IMG/VR virus record: IMGVR_UViG_3300029266_002291
Coordinates: 1-53,155 of that record
Direction: 5' to 3' (one strand)
Source: a virus
Taxonomy: Duplodnaviria > Caudoviricetes
Length of the DNA stretch: 53,155 bases
This document shows positions 9,008 through 17,689 of this stretch, piece after piece (the first letter of the stretch is position 1; each line of letters begins with the position of its first letter). Both the position numbers and the translations under genes were made by a program. The notes beneath the pieces are model-generated. The model searched no databases and was not told where the DNA came from. It saw only the letters and a list, made by a program, of their open reading frames with translations.

Positions 9008-12000
9008 GTGATCCCCATCCCATCCCTTCTTGAGGAAGCGGTCAAGCCGCTCGAACCGAATGAGCCGATCCCCCAGGATCTGCTCAACACCGTGACGGTC
9101 TCGCACATCGGTCCTACCTGGGAGCCGAACCCGAACTGGAACGGCGTGAATCTGCTCGGCCCCGAAGGCAAGTACATCCTGCCGGAGTTCTCGCTGGGCT
9201 ACCAGGCATGGGCGTGGGTGCGAGAGAATCTGCTCGCACCCGACTCCAACGACGCCCAACCCACGCCATTCACGCCGACGTTCGAGCAGTACCGCTTCGT
9301 TCTCTGGTGGTACGCCGTCGATAGCCATGGCCGCTTCCTATTTCGCCGCGGTGTTCTGCAGCGATTGAAGGGGTGGGGCGATTTTTTGGCAAGGACCCTC
9401 TTGCCGCAGTCATTTCCGCGATCGAGCTGCTCGGCCCGTGCCGCTTCAAGGGTTGGGCGACCAAGGATCTCCCGCAGTACGGCCTAGACCCCCAGGGACG
9501 CGCCGTAGTGCGTCGAGGCCTGCCCGTCGCGGCCGAGAACCCCACCGCGTGGGTGCAGATCGCCGCCGTCACCAAGACGCAGCCGCTGGCGCTTGACACT
9601 CCGGTTCGGACTATCAACGGCTGGTCGACGATGGGCGAACTCAAGGTCGGCGATGCCGTTTTCGGCTCCGACGGTCAGCCTGTCCCAGTGGCTCGTGAGA
9701 CCGAGGTGATGCATGGCCTGAAGTGCTACGAGGTCTCCTTCTCCGACGGAGAGAAGATAACGGCCTCGGCTAGCCACGGCTGGACCGTCGAGGGGCGCAA
9801 CGGACACGACGACGGCTTCATCAAGGAGACGTTGTCCACCGAGGAGCTGGCCGAGCGCTGGGATCGGAAACGCTGGCGATTCCGCATCCCGATCGTGCCG
9901 ATCATCACCGAAGATCGTGACCTGCCGCTCGACCCCTACATGCTCGGGCTGTGGCTCGGGGATGGCGCGACCGCTGACTCCACGATTGCCATCGACTGGC
10001 GACTACGTGACGAGATCGAAAGCATCGTTCAGCCGTACGTCGGTCTGGATGAAGAAGTGATCTGGAAGTACCAGAAGGGGAACTCCGGCACGTTCCGCAT
10101 CAGGACACGCCAGTACGTTTGCCCGCGCGGTCATCACTACGTGGACAACTACTGCATCCAGGCGGGCAACAAGGTGTGCCGCACCTGTATTCGTCTTGGC
10201 AAGGCGGGGCGCGCAGATGCACCCACCATCCCGACGTTCCGTGAGAAGCTGCGCGACATCGGAGTGCTGGGGGACAAGCACATCCCCGACAGTTACTTCC
10301 AGGCCGGGAGCAACCAGCGCCTCGCACTGCTTCAGGGTCTGATGGACTCCGACGGTGGCATCAGCCCCGGTGGCCGCGCCACCTTCACCAACAAGAACCT
10401 TGAGCTGATTGAGGGGATCTGTGAGATTCTCTCCTCTCTGGGGATTCGATGGAATGTGCAGCCCGCCGATAATGGCGCCCAACGAGTCCAGTTCACCCCC
10501 TGGGCGGCACTCAATCCCTTCCGCCTGGGTTACAAGAGGGAGCGGGTCCAGAGGGAGCGCCGTTACGCCCATCGCAGTATCGTTGGCGTCCGCGAGGTTG
10601 AGTCGGTCCCGGTGAAGTGCATCGGCATCGATACCGATGACCACCTGTTCCAGGTCGGATACTCGGGCATTCTCACGCACAACACTCAGAACACGATGTT
10701 GTTGATGCCTGGGCTCTTTAGTGACGAATGCAAGAGCAAGGCGCACATGCGCAACGACTCCATTGGCGTCACCAAGGTGACAGCTTTCCGTGGGCGCCGT
10801 CAGATTCAGGCTGTCACCTCAAACCCCCGCGCCCTGGAGGGCGGTCGCCCCTCACTGGTGATCAAGAACGAGACCGAGCACTGGATCGAGACGAACAACG
10901 GCTGGGCCATGGACAAGGCCATTGACCGCAACGCGGCGAAGTCCCGCAAGGGCGCCGCCCGGTCGCTGGCCATCTGCAACGCCCCCGAGCCGTCCGAGGA
11001 GTCCGTCGGCCTGAAGGAGCGCAACGCCTACCTCCGCGAGGTCGAGGGCACCGCGTTCAAGACCGGCGTCCTCTACGACTCCCTGGAGTTGGCGGAGTCC
11101 GTCACCCTCTACCCGCCGGGCATCGACCACCTGGAGCCGGAGTTCCAGGAGCCACTCGTCTACGAGTGGATCGAGTACGCGATCAAGAAGGTCCGCGGCG
11201 ACTCGTGGTGGCTGGACCCCGAGCGCATCGCCGCAGACATCCTGGACACCAAGGACTCCGACAACGGCGGCCTGTCCGAGGCCCGCCGGTTCTTCTTCAA
11301 CCAGACGATCGCCGCCGAGGACGCCTGGGTCCTTCCACAGGCTGTGGATCTCGCTGTGGACCCGTTGGTCGGCGCGCTGCGCACCCGCACCGCCGACGTC
11401 ATCCGCATCGGCTGGGAGCCCGTACGCCCCGACGAGCCGATCGTCATGTTCTTCGACGGCTCGAAGTCCGACGACGCCACCGCGCTGATCGGCTGCCGCC
11501 TGTCCGACGGCTACACCTTCACCATCGGCATCTGGCAGGCCCCACCGGGCCGGAGGCGCCGCGGGAAGAACTCCTGGCTGGCTCCCCGCGGTGAGGTCGA
11601 CACGCGCGTTGACGAGGCGTTCGAGCGGTTCACCGTCGTCGCCTTCTGGGCCGACCCCAGCCACGCCAAGGACGACGAGGACGGCGCGGGCTACTGGGAC
11701 GGCTTGATCGACGAGTGGCACCGCCTGCACAAGAACGAGCTGCTGCACTGGTCGACGAAGACGGGCGCCGAGCAGCACTCCATCCTATGGGACATGTCCT
11801 CGCCGCAGCGCACCAAGATGTTCGTCGCCGCGGCCGAGCGCACGGTCGCCGAGTTCGAGCGCCGCGACGAGCACAACGACATCGCCCCCACGTTCTCCAT
11901 CGACGGCAACCCGCGCCTCATGGAGCACCTCAAGAACGCCAAGATGGCGCCGAGCAACTTCGGCGTCGGCCTGCGCAAGGAGGGCCGTGAGAGTCTGCGT

Positions 12001-12111
12001 AAGATCGACGCTGCGGTCTGCCTGGTCGGCGCCCGACTCTTGCGTCGGATTGTGCTCAATGCCGAACCCGAGCCCGAGGAGCAGAAGGGCGGTTGGGCCT
12101 GGGCCGACTGA
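9008..12111 (+). CDS. terL: Terminase large subunit, split over two frames at about 9377-9390, with an intein
   Basis: Frame 1 TFEQYRFVLWWYAVD...RRGVLQRLKGWG continues in the -1 frame as GKDPLAA; EGGRPSLVIKNETEHW Walker B region; FFDGSKSDDATAL and KIDAAV nuclease motifs; AAAGGAGG RBS. Confidence 0.92.
9583..10683 (+). mobile_element. Class 3 intein (367 aa) with a LAGLIDADG endonuclease
   Basis: Starts PLALDTPV; W in ASASHGW, C in VPVKCIGID, T in ILTHN (WCT signature); LGLWLGDG and LLQGLMDSDG; exteins join as AAVTKTQ|TQNT. Confidence 0.88.
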
Positions 12112-12148
12112 GGGTAAGCTGTGAACCACGACAATCCTGGAGGCAACC

Positions 12149-13027
12149 ATGCCCGTCAACGTCCCCACGAACGAGGAGTTCGACGCGCTGGAGAAGCGCG
12201 TCGCCGCTCTCGAGAGCATCCCCACCCAGCCGGAGCCGGAGCCGGAGCCCGAGCCGGAGCCCCCCGCCCCCGAGCCGACCCCTGAGCCCCCGGCGCCCGA
12301 GCCCGTCGGGGATCCCCGTGGACCCTCCGGCGACACCGTCATCTGGCAGTGGGACCCCGCCGAGACCCTGGCCAAGCCGGGTGTCTGGCGGCACCTCCAG
12401 AACGCCGAGACTTCGAGTTCCAACCAGCTCGTCAGCGCCTGGCCGAACGGGACGGCGACCCGGACCACGCTGCCCGTCGTCGATGGCGAGAAGGTGGTCC
12501 TCTTCGAGTGCCGCCCAGGCGACGTAGGCGGCGGCAGCGGCAACCGTTCCGAGCTGTCCGGCGCGCTGCAGTCCTGGCGGTTCAAGGAGGGCGACGAGCG
12601 GTGGTTGCAGTACCGCATCGCCTTCCCCGAGGGCTTCGAGATCACCGGGCCCGGCTTCTTCATCGTCACGCAGTTCCACTCGGGCATCGGCTCCCCGCCG
12701 GTCAGCGTGAGCTTCGACGACGCTCGGAACCTCCGTGTCGGCGGCAACGTCCCCGGCGCCCCGAGCAACCTCCTGCTCAGCAAGGCCGACTTCGACGCCC
12801 GGCGTGGCACCTGGCTCGACGTGAACCTGCACCTGATCAACTCGCAGGACCCCGCCAAGGGCGGCCTGGAGGTCCACTTGGACGGCGAGCTGGTCATCCC
12901 GTGGCACAGCCGCGCGACGATGCTCTCGGCCGAGAACTACGTCAAGATCGGCATGTACCGCAACCCCGCGATCACGTCGACCAACCGCATCGCCTTCGGC
13001 GCCGGGATGCGGCTCACCGCTCCGTGA
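12149..13027 (+). CDS. Polysaccharide-lyase-like (jelly-roll) protein with a Pro-Glu linker
   Basis: NRSEL, IVTQFH and YVKIGMYR motifs; N-terminal FDALEKRVAALE coil followed by (PE)n. Confidence 0.65.
   Translation: MPVNVPTNEEFDALEKRVAALESIPTQPEPEPEPEPEPPAPEPTPEPPAPEPVGDPRGPSGDTVIWQWDPAETLAKPGVWRHLQNAETSSSNQLVSAWPNGTATRTTLPVVDGEKVVLFECRPGDVGGGSGNRSELSGALQSWRFKEGDERWLQYRIAFPEGFEITGPGFFIVTQFHSGIGSPPVSVSFDDARNLRVGGNVPGAPSNLLLSKADFDARRGTWLDVNLHLINSQDPAKGGLEVHLDGELVIPWHSRATMLSAENYVKIGMYRNPAITSTNRIAFGAGMRLTAP
12227..12305 (+). repeat. GAGCCG/C hexamer repeats encoding a Pro-Glu linker
   Basis: QPEPEPEPEPEPPAPEPTPEPPAPEP. Confidence 0.8.
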
Positions 13028-13032
13028 TCCAT

Positions 13033-13067
13033 CGGCCCCGCCTCCAGGTCTAGCGGGGGCGGGGCCG
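13033..13067 (+). terminator. GC-rich hairpin
   Basis: CGGCCCCGCCTCC pairs with GGGGGCGGGGCCG, just after the stop at 13027. Confidence 0.55.
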
Positions 13068-13097
13068 CCTCGTCCGAGCGGAAGGTACTCTGTCAGC

Positions 13098-14528
13098 ATG
13101 GTGATGAGTCCGACGCGCGTGATCGGGAAGTGCGTCGACGACTTCCCCGCCTTCCGCCGGGCCCGCGGCCGGGCCAACTCCCTGGACTACTGGATCCGCG
13201 GGGAGCAGGGCACCGACCGCGCGATCGGCGAGGAGGGCACCGGCATCTACGTGCCGAACCCCTACTCGCAGACCGACGAGCACATCGACCTTTCGACCCG
13301 CTCCTACACCCCGTGGGCCGGTCTGGTCGTCGACACCCTCGCCCAGACCATGTTCCTCGAGGGCGTCCGCATGCCAGGTCAGCAGGAGAACCTGCAGGCG
13401 TGGGAGGCATGGCAGCGGAACAGCTGGGACGCCTACCAGGCGCAGATCTACCGCGGCGCCCTCGGCCACGGCATCGCCTACGCCTCCGCGCTGCCCGGCA
13501 ACGACCGGCTGACCGGCAAGCGGATCCCGAAGCTCAAGGGCCACTCCGCGCGCTCCATGGCCGCGTTCTACGACGAGGACGACGAGGACGAGTTCCCGAC
13601 GCACTCGATCAAGGCCACGCCGTACCGGATGGACGACGGTGAGTGGGGCTGGAACGTCCGCTACATGGACGAGGAGGCGATCCACTACCTCTCCTGCAAG
13701 GGCGACGGCACCGACACTCGCGACTGGTCCTACATCTCCTACGAGGTGCACGGCATGGGCGTTTGCCCCGTCGTGCGGTACACCAACCTCATCGACCTCG
13801 ACGGCCGCGTCACCGGTGAGATCGAGCCGGTCATCCCCGTCCTGCGGCGCATCGACCAGAACACCTACGACCGCCTGATCGTGCAGCGCTTCGGTGCGTG
13901 GAAGGTCCGGTACATCACCGGCCTGGTCAAGCCGAAGAACATGACCGAGGAGGACTATCGGAAGGGCATGGCGAAGCTGCGCGTCGGCGACTTCCTCACC
14001 TCAGAGTCCTCGGACACGAAGTTCGGCTCGCTGGAGGAGACTCAGCTGGCGGGCTTCATTGCAGCCTCCGACAAGGACTTGCGCGACCTCGCCGCGGTCC
14101 GCCAGATGCCGCCCCATGCCCTGGGCGGCGAGGCCCCGCAGATGCAGCCCGAGAGCCTTGCGGCGATCAATGCAAGCCTCATGAAGCGCTCGCTGGAGCG
14201 CCGCACGTCGTTCGGCGAGTCCCACGAGCGCCTGTTCCGCCTGTCGGCGGTGCTCATGGGCAACAGTGCCGAGGCGGAGGCCTGGAACATGCAGGTCCGT
14301 TGGCGCGACACCGAGACCCGCTCGCTTTCCCAGACGGCGGACGCGCTCGGCAAGATCGCCCAGCAGCTGAAGGTGCCCGTCGAGATGCTGTGGGAGCGCA
14401 TCGAGGGCTGGACCGACTCCGACACCGAGCGGGCCAAGGACTTGGTCGAGAGCGGCACGATCGACGCCCTGATCGCCGACTTCGAGTCCAACGGCTTGCT
14501 CAACCCCCAGCAGCCCGCTACGGTCTGA
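13098..14528 (+). CDS. Portal protein (SPP1 gp6-like)
   Basis: WAGLVVDTLAQ, HGMGVCPVVRYTN, GEIEPVI and WRDTETRS motifs; size and position fit. Confidence 0.9.
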   Translation: MVMSPTRVIGKCVDDFPAFRRARGRANSLDYWIRGEQGTDRAIGEEGTGIYVPNPYSQTDEHIDLSTRSYTPWAGLVVDTLAQTMFLEGVRMPGQQENLQAWEAWQRNSWDAYQAQIYRGALGHGIAYASALPGNDRLTGKRIPKLKGHSARSMAAFYDEDDEDEFPTHSIKATPYRMDDGEWGWNVRYMDEEAIHYLSCKGDGTDTRDWSYISYEVHGMGVCPVVRYTNLIDLDGRVTGEIEPVIPVLRRIDQNTYDRLIVQRFGAWKVRYITGLVKPKNMTEEDYRKGMAKLRVGDFLTSESSDTKFGSLEETQLAGFIAASDKDLRDLAAVRQMPPHALGGEAPQMQPESLAAINASLMKRSLERRTSFGESHERLFRLSAVLMGNSAEAEAWNMQVRWRDTETRSLSQTADALGKIAQQLKVPVEMLWERIEGWTDSDTERAKDLVESGTIDALIADFESNGLLNPQQPATV

Positions 14529-14530
14529 CG

Positions 14531-14962
14531 ATGCGTGAGATCACCCAGCTGTACGTCCAGGGATCGAACCGGACGGACGGGCACACCAACGACGGCATCC
14601 CCGGCGACTGCTGGCGGGCCGCCCTCGCCAGTTTGCTCGACCTGGACGTCGAGGAGGTTCCGCACTTCGGGCTGTACGTTTCGTGGTGGCTGGAGAGCCG
14701 TCGCTGGATGCGCAGTCGCGGGGTCGACCTGGCCTACTACTACGCCAGTGACTGGATCGGCGCGGACTCGGGTCCGCCGATGGTGCTGGATGGCCCGAGC
14801 CCCCGCGGCCCGTTCCGTCACTGTGTAGTCGGGCTCCCCGGCACCGGCGAGCTCGTCTGGGATCCGCACCCGACCCGGATGGGCCTGGTCGAGGTCGAGG
14901 GCTTCTTCATGATCACCGAGCCGTACGACAACTTGCCTGACCGCTTGATGCTGGAGGCATGA
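14531..14962 (+). CDS. Hypothetical protein, possibly a papain/C39-like peptidase
   Basis: GDCWRAALASLL...HCVV...WDPHP gives a Cys-His-Asp order. Confidence 0.55.
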   Translation: MREITQLYVQGSNRTDGHTNDGIPGDCWRAALASLLDLDVEEVPHFGLYVSWWLESRRWMRSRGVDLAYYYASDWIGADSGPPMVLDGPSPRGPFRHCVVGLPGTGELVWDPHPTRMGLVEVEGFFMITEPYDNLPDRLMLEA

Positions 14963-15324
14963 CGATGGCTGACTGTTCATTCTGCGAGATCGTCGCTGGG
15001 CGGGCCCCGGCAACCATCCTTGCAACATGGCTCGGAGCTATGGTGATTGAGCCATTGAACCCAGTTGTGCCGGGCCATGTACTTGTGATTCCGCGCGAAC
15101 ACGTCACCGACTGGGTTGATCCTGGTCGCGAGGAGCACGACGGTTACGGTCTGCGCTTCGCCGTTGCGTTGGCCCAAGAGTACGCCCGGCGTGAGAGCAT
15201 CGGCGATTGCAACCTCATCACCTCCCGAGGTCCGGCGGCGACACAGACTGTTGGACACCTTCATCTTCACATCGTTCCGCGTCATGAGGGTGATGGCCTG
15301 GCGCTGCCATGGACCGAGCAATGA
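14959..15324 (+). CDS. HIT (histidine triad) family hydrolase
   Basis: CSFC, PVVPGHVLVIPREH, QTVGHLHLHIVP. Confidence 0.92.
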   Translation: MTMADCSFCEIVAGRAPATILATWLGAMVIEPLNPVVPGHVLVIPREHVTDWVDPGREEHDGYGLRFAVALAQEYARRESIGDCNLITSRGPAATQTVGHLHLHIVPRHEGDGLALPWTEQ

Positions 15325-16205
15325 CCGCACCCACGACGAGCCTGGCCGCGCTGGACGCTCAGGCTCGGGCTGCACAGGCTCAGAACGCCGCGAAGGTGGC
15401 GGGACTGACGCTGGCGCTGTGGATGCAGACGATCGACTCCGAGAACATCTCGACGACGTCGACGGACTGGCTGACGCAGGTCGTGCAGTTCATCCTCCGT
15501 GGGCGGCAGGAGTCCTACCGGATTGCCGTCGCCTACGCCCGCGCCGTGCGCAAGATCCAGGCCCCCAGCGCGCCCGCCTTCGAGATCCCCCGTCCGCCGG
15601 ACCCGCCGCGGGAGCAGCTGCTGCGCTCCCTGATCCACACGGGGCCCCGCGAGCTGGCCGTGAACCTCGCGAAGACGCCCGACGTGGAGGAGCCACCCCC
15701 CGGTGCCCCCCCGGCCGACGTGGAGCGCGCTGAGCGGGCCCGTAGCCTCAAGGCGCAGACCCGCGATCAGCTGGTGCGCAACGCCGGGGTCAAGGCCGCC
15801 GCGTCGGCGTTTAGGTACACCGCCAACGGCGGGCGCGACACCGCAGATCTCATCGTCGTCCGCGACCCAGCGGCGATCGGCTACGTGCGGGTGACGAAGG
15901 ACAAGCCGTGTGCCTTCTGCCTGATGCTCGCCTCGCGGGGCCCTGTGTTCTCGGAGGACTCCTGGGACGAGTCGGATGCGCGCTTCACTGGGCCCGGCAA
16001 CCACAAGGCACACGATTCGTGCGCTTGCGGAATCCGCGCTGTGTACCGGCGTGGCAAGGAGAACTGGACCGACACGGCGCGGGTCGCCGATGAGCTGTGG
16101 CGCCAGATGCTGAAGGACAACCCCGGCATTGGCGGGGCGAAGGCCCGGAACAAGTTCGCCGAGCTGGCGCGCAAGGCGGGGATCGCAGACCTGTCCCGCT
16201 GGTGA
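15321..16205 (+). CDS. MuF-like / capsid maturation protein
   Basis: YVRV..KPCAFCLMLASRG...KAHDSCACG; lies between portal and scaffold. Confidence 0.8.
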   Translation: MTAPTTSLAALDAQARAAQAQNAAKVAGLTLALWMQTIDSENISTTSTDWLTQVVQFILRGRQESYRIAVAYARAVRKIQAPSAPAFEIPRPPDPPREQLLRSLIHTGPRELAVNLAKTPDVEEPPPGAPPADVERAERARSLKAQTRDQLVRNAGVKAAASAFRYTANGGRDTADLIVVRDPAAIGYVRVTKDKPCAFCLMLASRGPVFSEDSWDESDARFTGPGNHKAHDSCACGIRAVYRRGKENWTDTARVADELWRQMLKDNPGIGGAKARNKFAELARKAGIADLSRW

Positions 16206-16222
16206 GTTGCTACAGTTCATGC

Positions 16223-16540
16223 ATGACTGACGAAGGCGACGAGTACCACACTCTCGACGAGTTGTACGAGTATCGGATGCTCTACAACGCGCACGCTGCG
16301 AACGAGTGGGCTCGACACGGGACCTATCCGGTTGTGAAGTCTTGGCGCCACTCTGACGGAGAGTTGTGCTTTGACGGTGGTTGGTTCATTGTTGTAGCCA
16401 CCTTGCCAGGTGGGCAGGTGTCCAACCACTATGCAGCCGACCACTGGGGACTCTTTGACATCCCCGAGGTCGAGCTGCCTCCCGAGTATGACGGCCACAC
16501 GCCACGCGACGCTGCTGATCGTCTCCGCACTAGCCTGTAG
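16223..16540 (+). CDS. Conserved phage hypothetical protein (WDGH-like)
   Basis: HTLDELYEYR...KSWRHSDG...GQVSNHY...YDGHT; lower GC than neighbours. Confidence 0.7.
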   Translation: MTDEGDEYHTLDELYEYRMLYNAHAANEWARHGTYPVVKSWRHSDGELCFDGGWFIVVATLPGGQVSNHYAADHWGLFDIPEVELPPEYDGHTPRDAADRLRTSL

Positions 16541-16599
16541 CACGGCGTGTACGCTGGGCACTACATGGCCGCCCCGCGGCACCGATCGAGGAGGACCAG

Positions 16600-16824
16600 A
16601 TGACCGCTCCCACTCCGCGGCCCGTGACCGAGGCGCCCGCGTCCGACCCCCGTCCCGCCAGCCGTCCCGCCACCGTCGCCGGTGGCAAGGCGCACTGGGA
16701 CGCGCTGACCGCCGAGGCCGTCGCCACCGGCGGCATCCCGTGGACCGAGCTGCGTGACGGCTCCACGGCACCAACGGTGCGCGAGGCCGAGCTGCTGCCG
16801 AAGCCCTCGACCCCGGCGGTCTGA
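16600..16824 (+). CDS. Hypothetical protein
   Basis: GAGGAGG RBS, good codon bias. Confidence 0.6.
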   Translation: MTAPTPRPVTEAPASDPRPASRPATVAGGKAHWDALTAEAVATGGIPWTELRDGSTAPTVREAELLPKPSTPAV

Positions 16825-17016
16825 TCGACCCACAGGATTCCGAGCCATTCGCCGGTTGGTTGGATGGTGCAGGAATGGTGGCGACCGAAATACGCAGGCG
16901 AGACCCCGACGTGAATCCCCCCGCTGGGATAGGGTAGTCGGGGTCTTCGTCTGTCCGTGTACTCTCGAACCACTTGATCCCGAGCCGGGATCACCGACGC
17001 CCCAGGAGGGCCCGCT

Positions 17017-17607
17017 GTGGCCAAGAAGACCAAGATCGAGCTGCCGAAGTACGAGGACTGGAAGGCCCCCTGGGAGGTCGACGCCGACGGCAACGAGATC
17101 CCGGCCGAGGAGCAGCAGTTCGATGCCGCCAAGGCCCGCAAGCTCATCTTCGACCGCACCGTCGACAAGGCGCGGGTCCAGAACAGCCTCGTCGAGACGA
17201 CCGAGCGCGCCGAGGAGCTGGAGGGCCAGATCGCCGGGGCCGCGAACCCCGAGGAGCTGACCAAGGTGCAGGAGCAGCTCGCGCAGACCATCAAGGAGCG
17301 CGACGATGCCAAGAGCGGCACGGCCGCCGAGACCCTGCGCCTGCGCATCGCGCTGCGCAAGGGACTCGACGAGGACTGGGCCGACCGGCTCCGCGGTGGC
17401 ACCGAGGAGGAGCTGGAGGCCGACGCCGAGAAGCTGCTCAAGAGCTTCGGCGGCACCGGCAAGCCCGCGGCCGACGACGACAACCCGAACCCGCGCTCCA
17501 CCCCGCGGCGCACCGTCACCCCCGGCGACCCGCTCACCGGGGGTGAGCCGGACAAGAAGGAGCCGACCGAGGCCGAGGTGCTCGCGAGGTACAACGCGCG
17601 CAAGTAA
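17017..17607 (+). CDS. Scaffolding protein
   Basis: Acidic coiled coil; RLRGGTEEELEADAEKL; immediately upstream of the capsid gene. Confidence 0.85.
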   Translation: MAKKTKIELPKYEDWKAPWEVDADGNEIPAEEQQFDAAKARKLIFDRTVDKARVQNSLVETTERAEELEGQIAGAANPEELTKVQEQLAQTIKERDDAKSGTAAETLRLRIALRKGLDEDWADRLRGGTEEELEADAEKLLKSFGGTGKPAADDDNPNPRSTPRRTVTPGDPLTGGEPDKKEPTEAEVLARYNARK

Positions 17608-17689
17608 CGAGGCGTGTACTCTGACATCTGAGACGGTCCACAGGTGGGATCCGTGACCAGCCCCCCGCTAGACAAGACAGGAGACTCCA

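Noticed and set aside
9382-9387. Terminase break as a simple homopolymer sequencing error
   Set aside because: Adding one T restores the frame but leaves four extra residues in the Walker A. Not favoured, though it cannot be excluded without reads.
9373-9487. Two independent terminase genes (9008-9487 and 9373-12111)
   Set aside because: This would split the P-loop between polypeptides, and the frame-1 tail after GWG looks non-coding.
16821-16891. Hammerhead ribozyme (CTGATCGA...GAAA)
   Set aside because: The core has an extra base relative to CUGANGA, and I could not build stems I and III.
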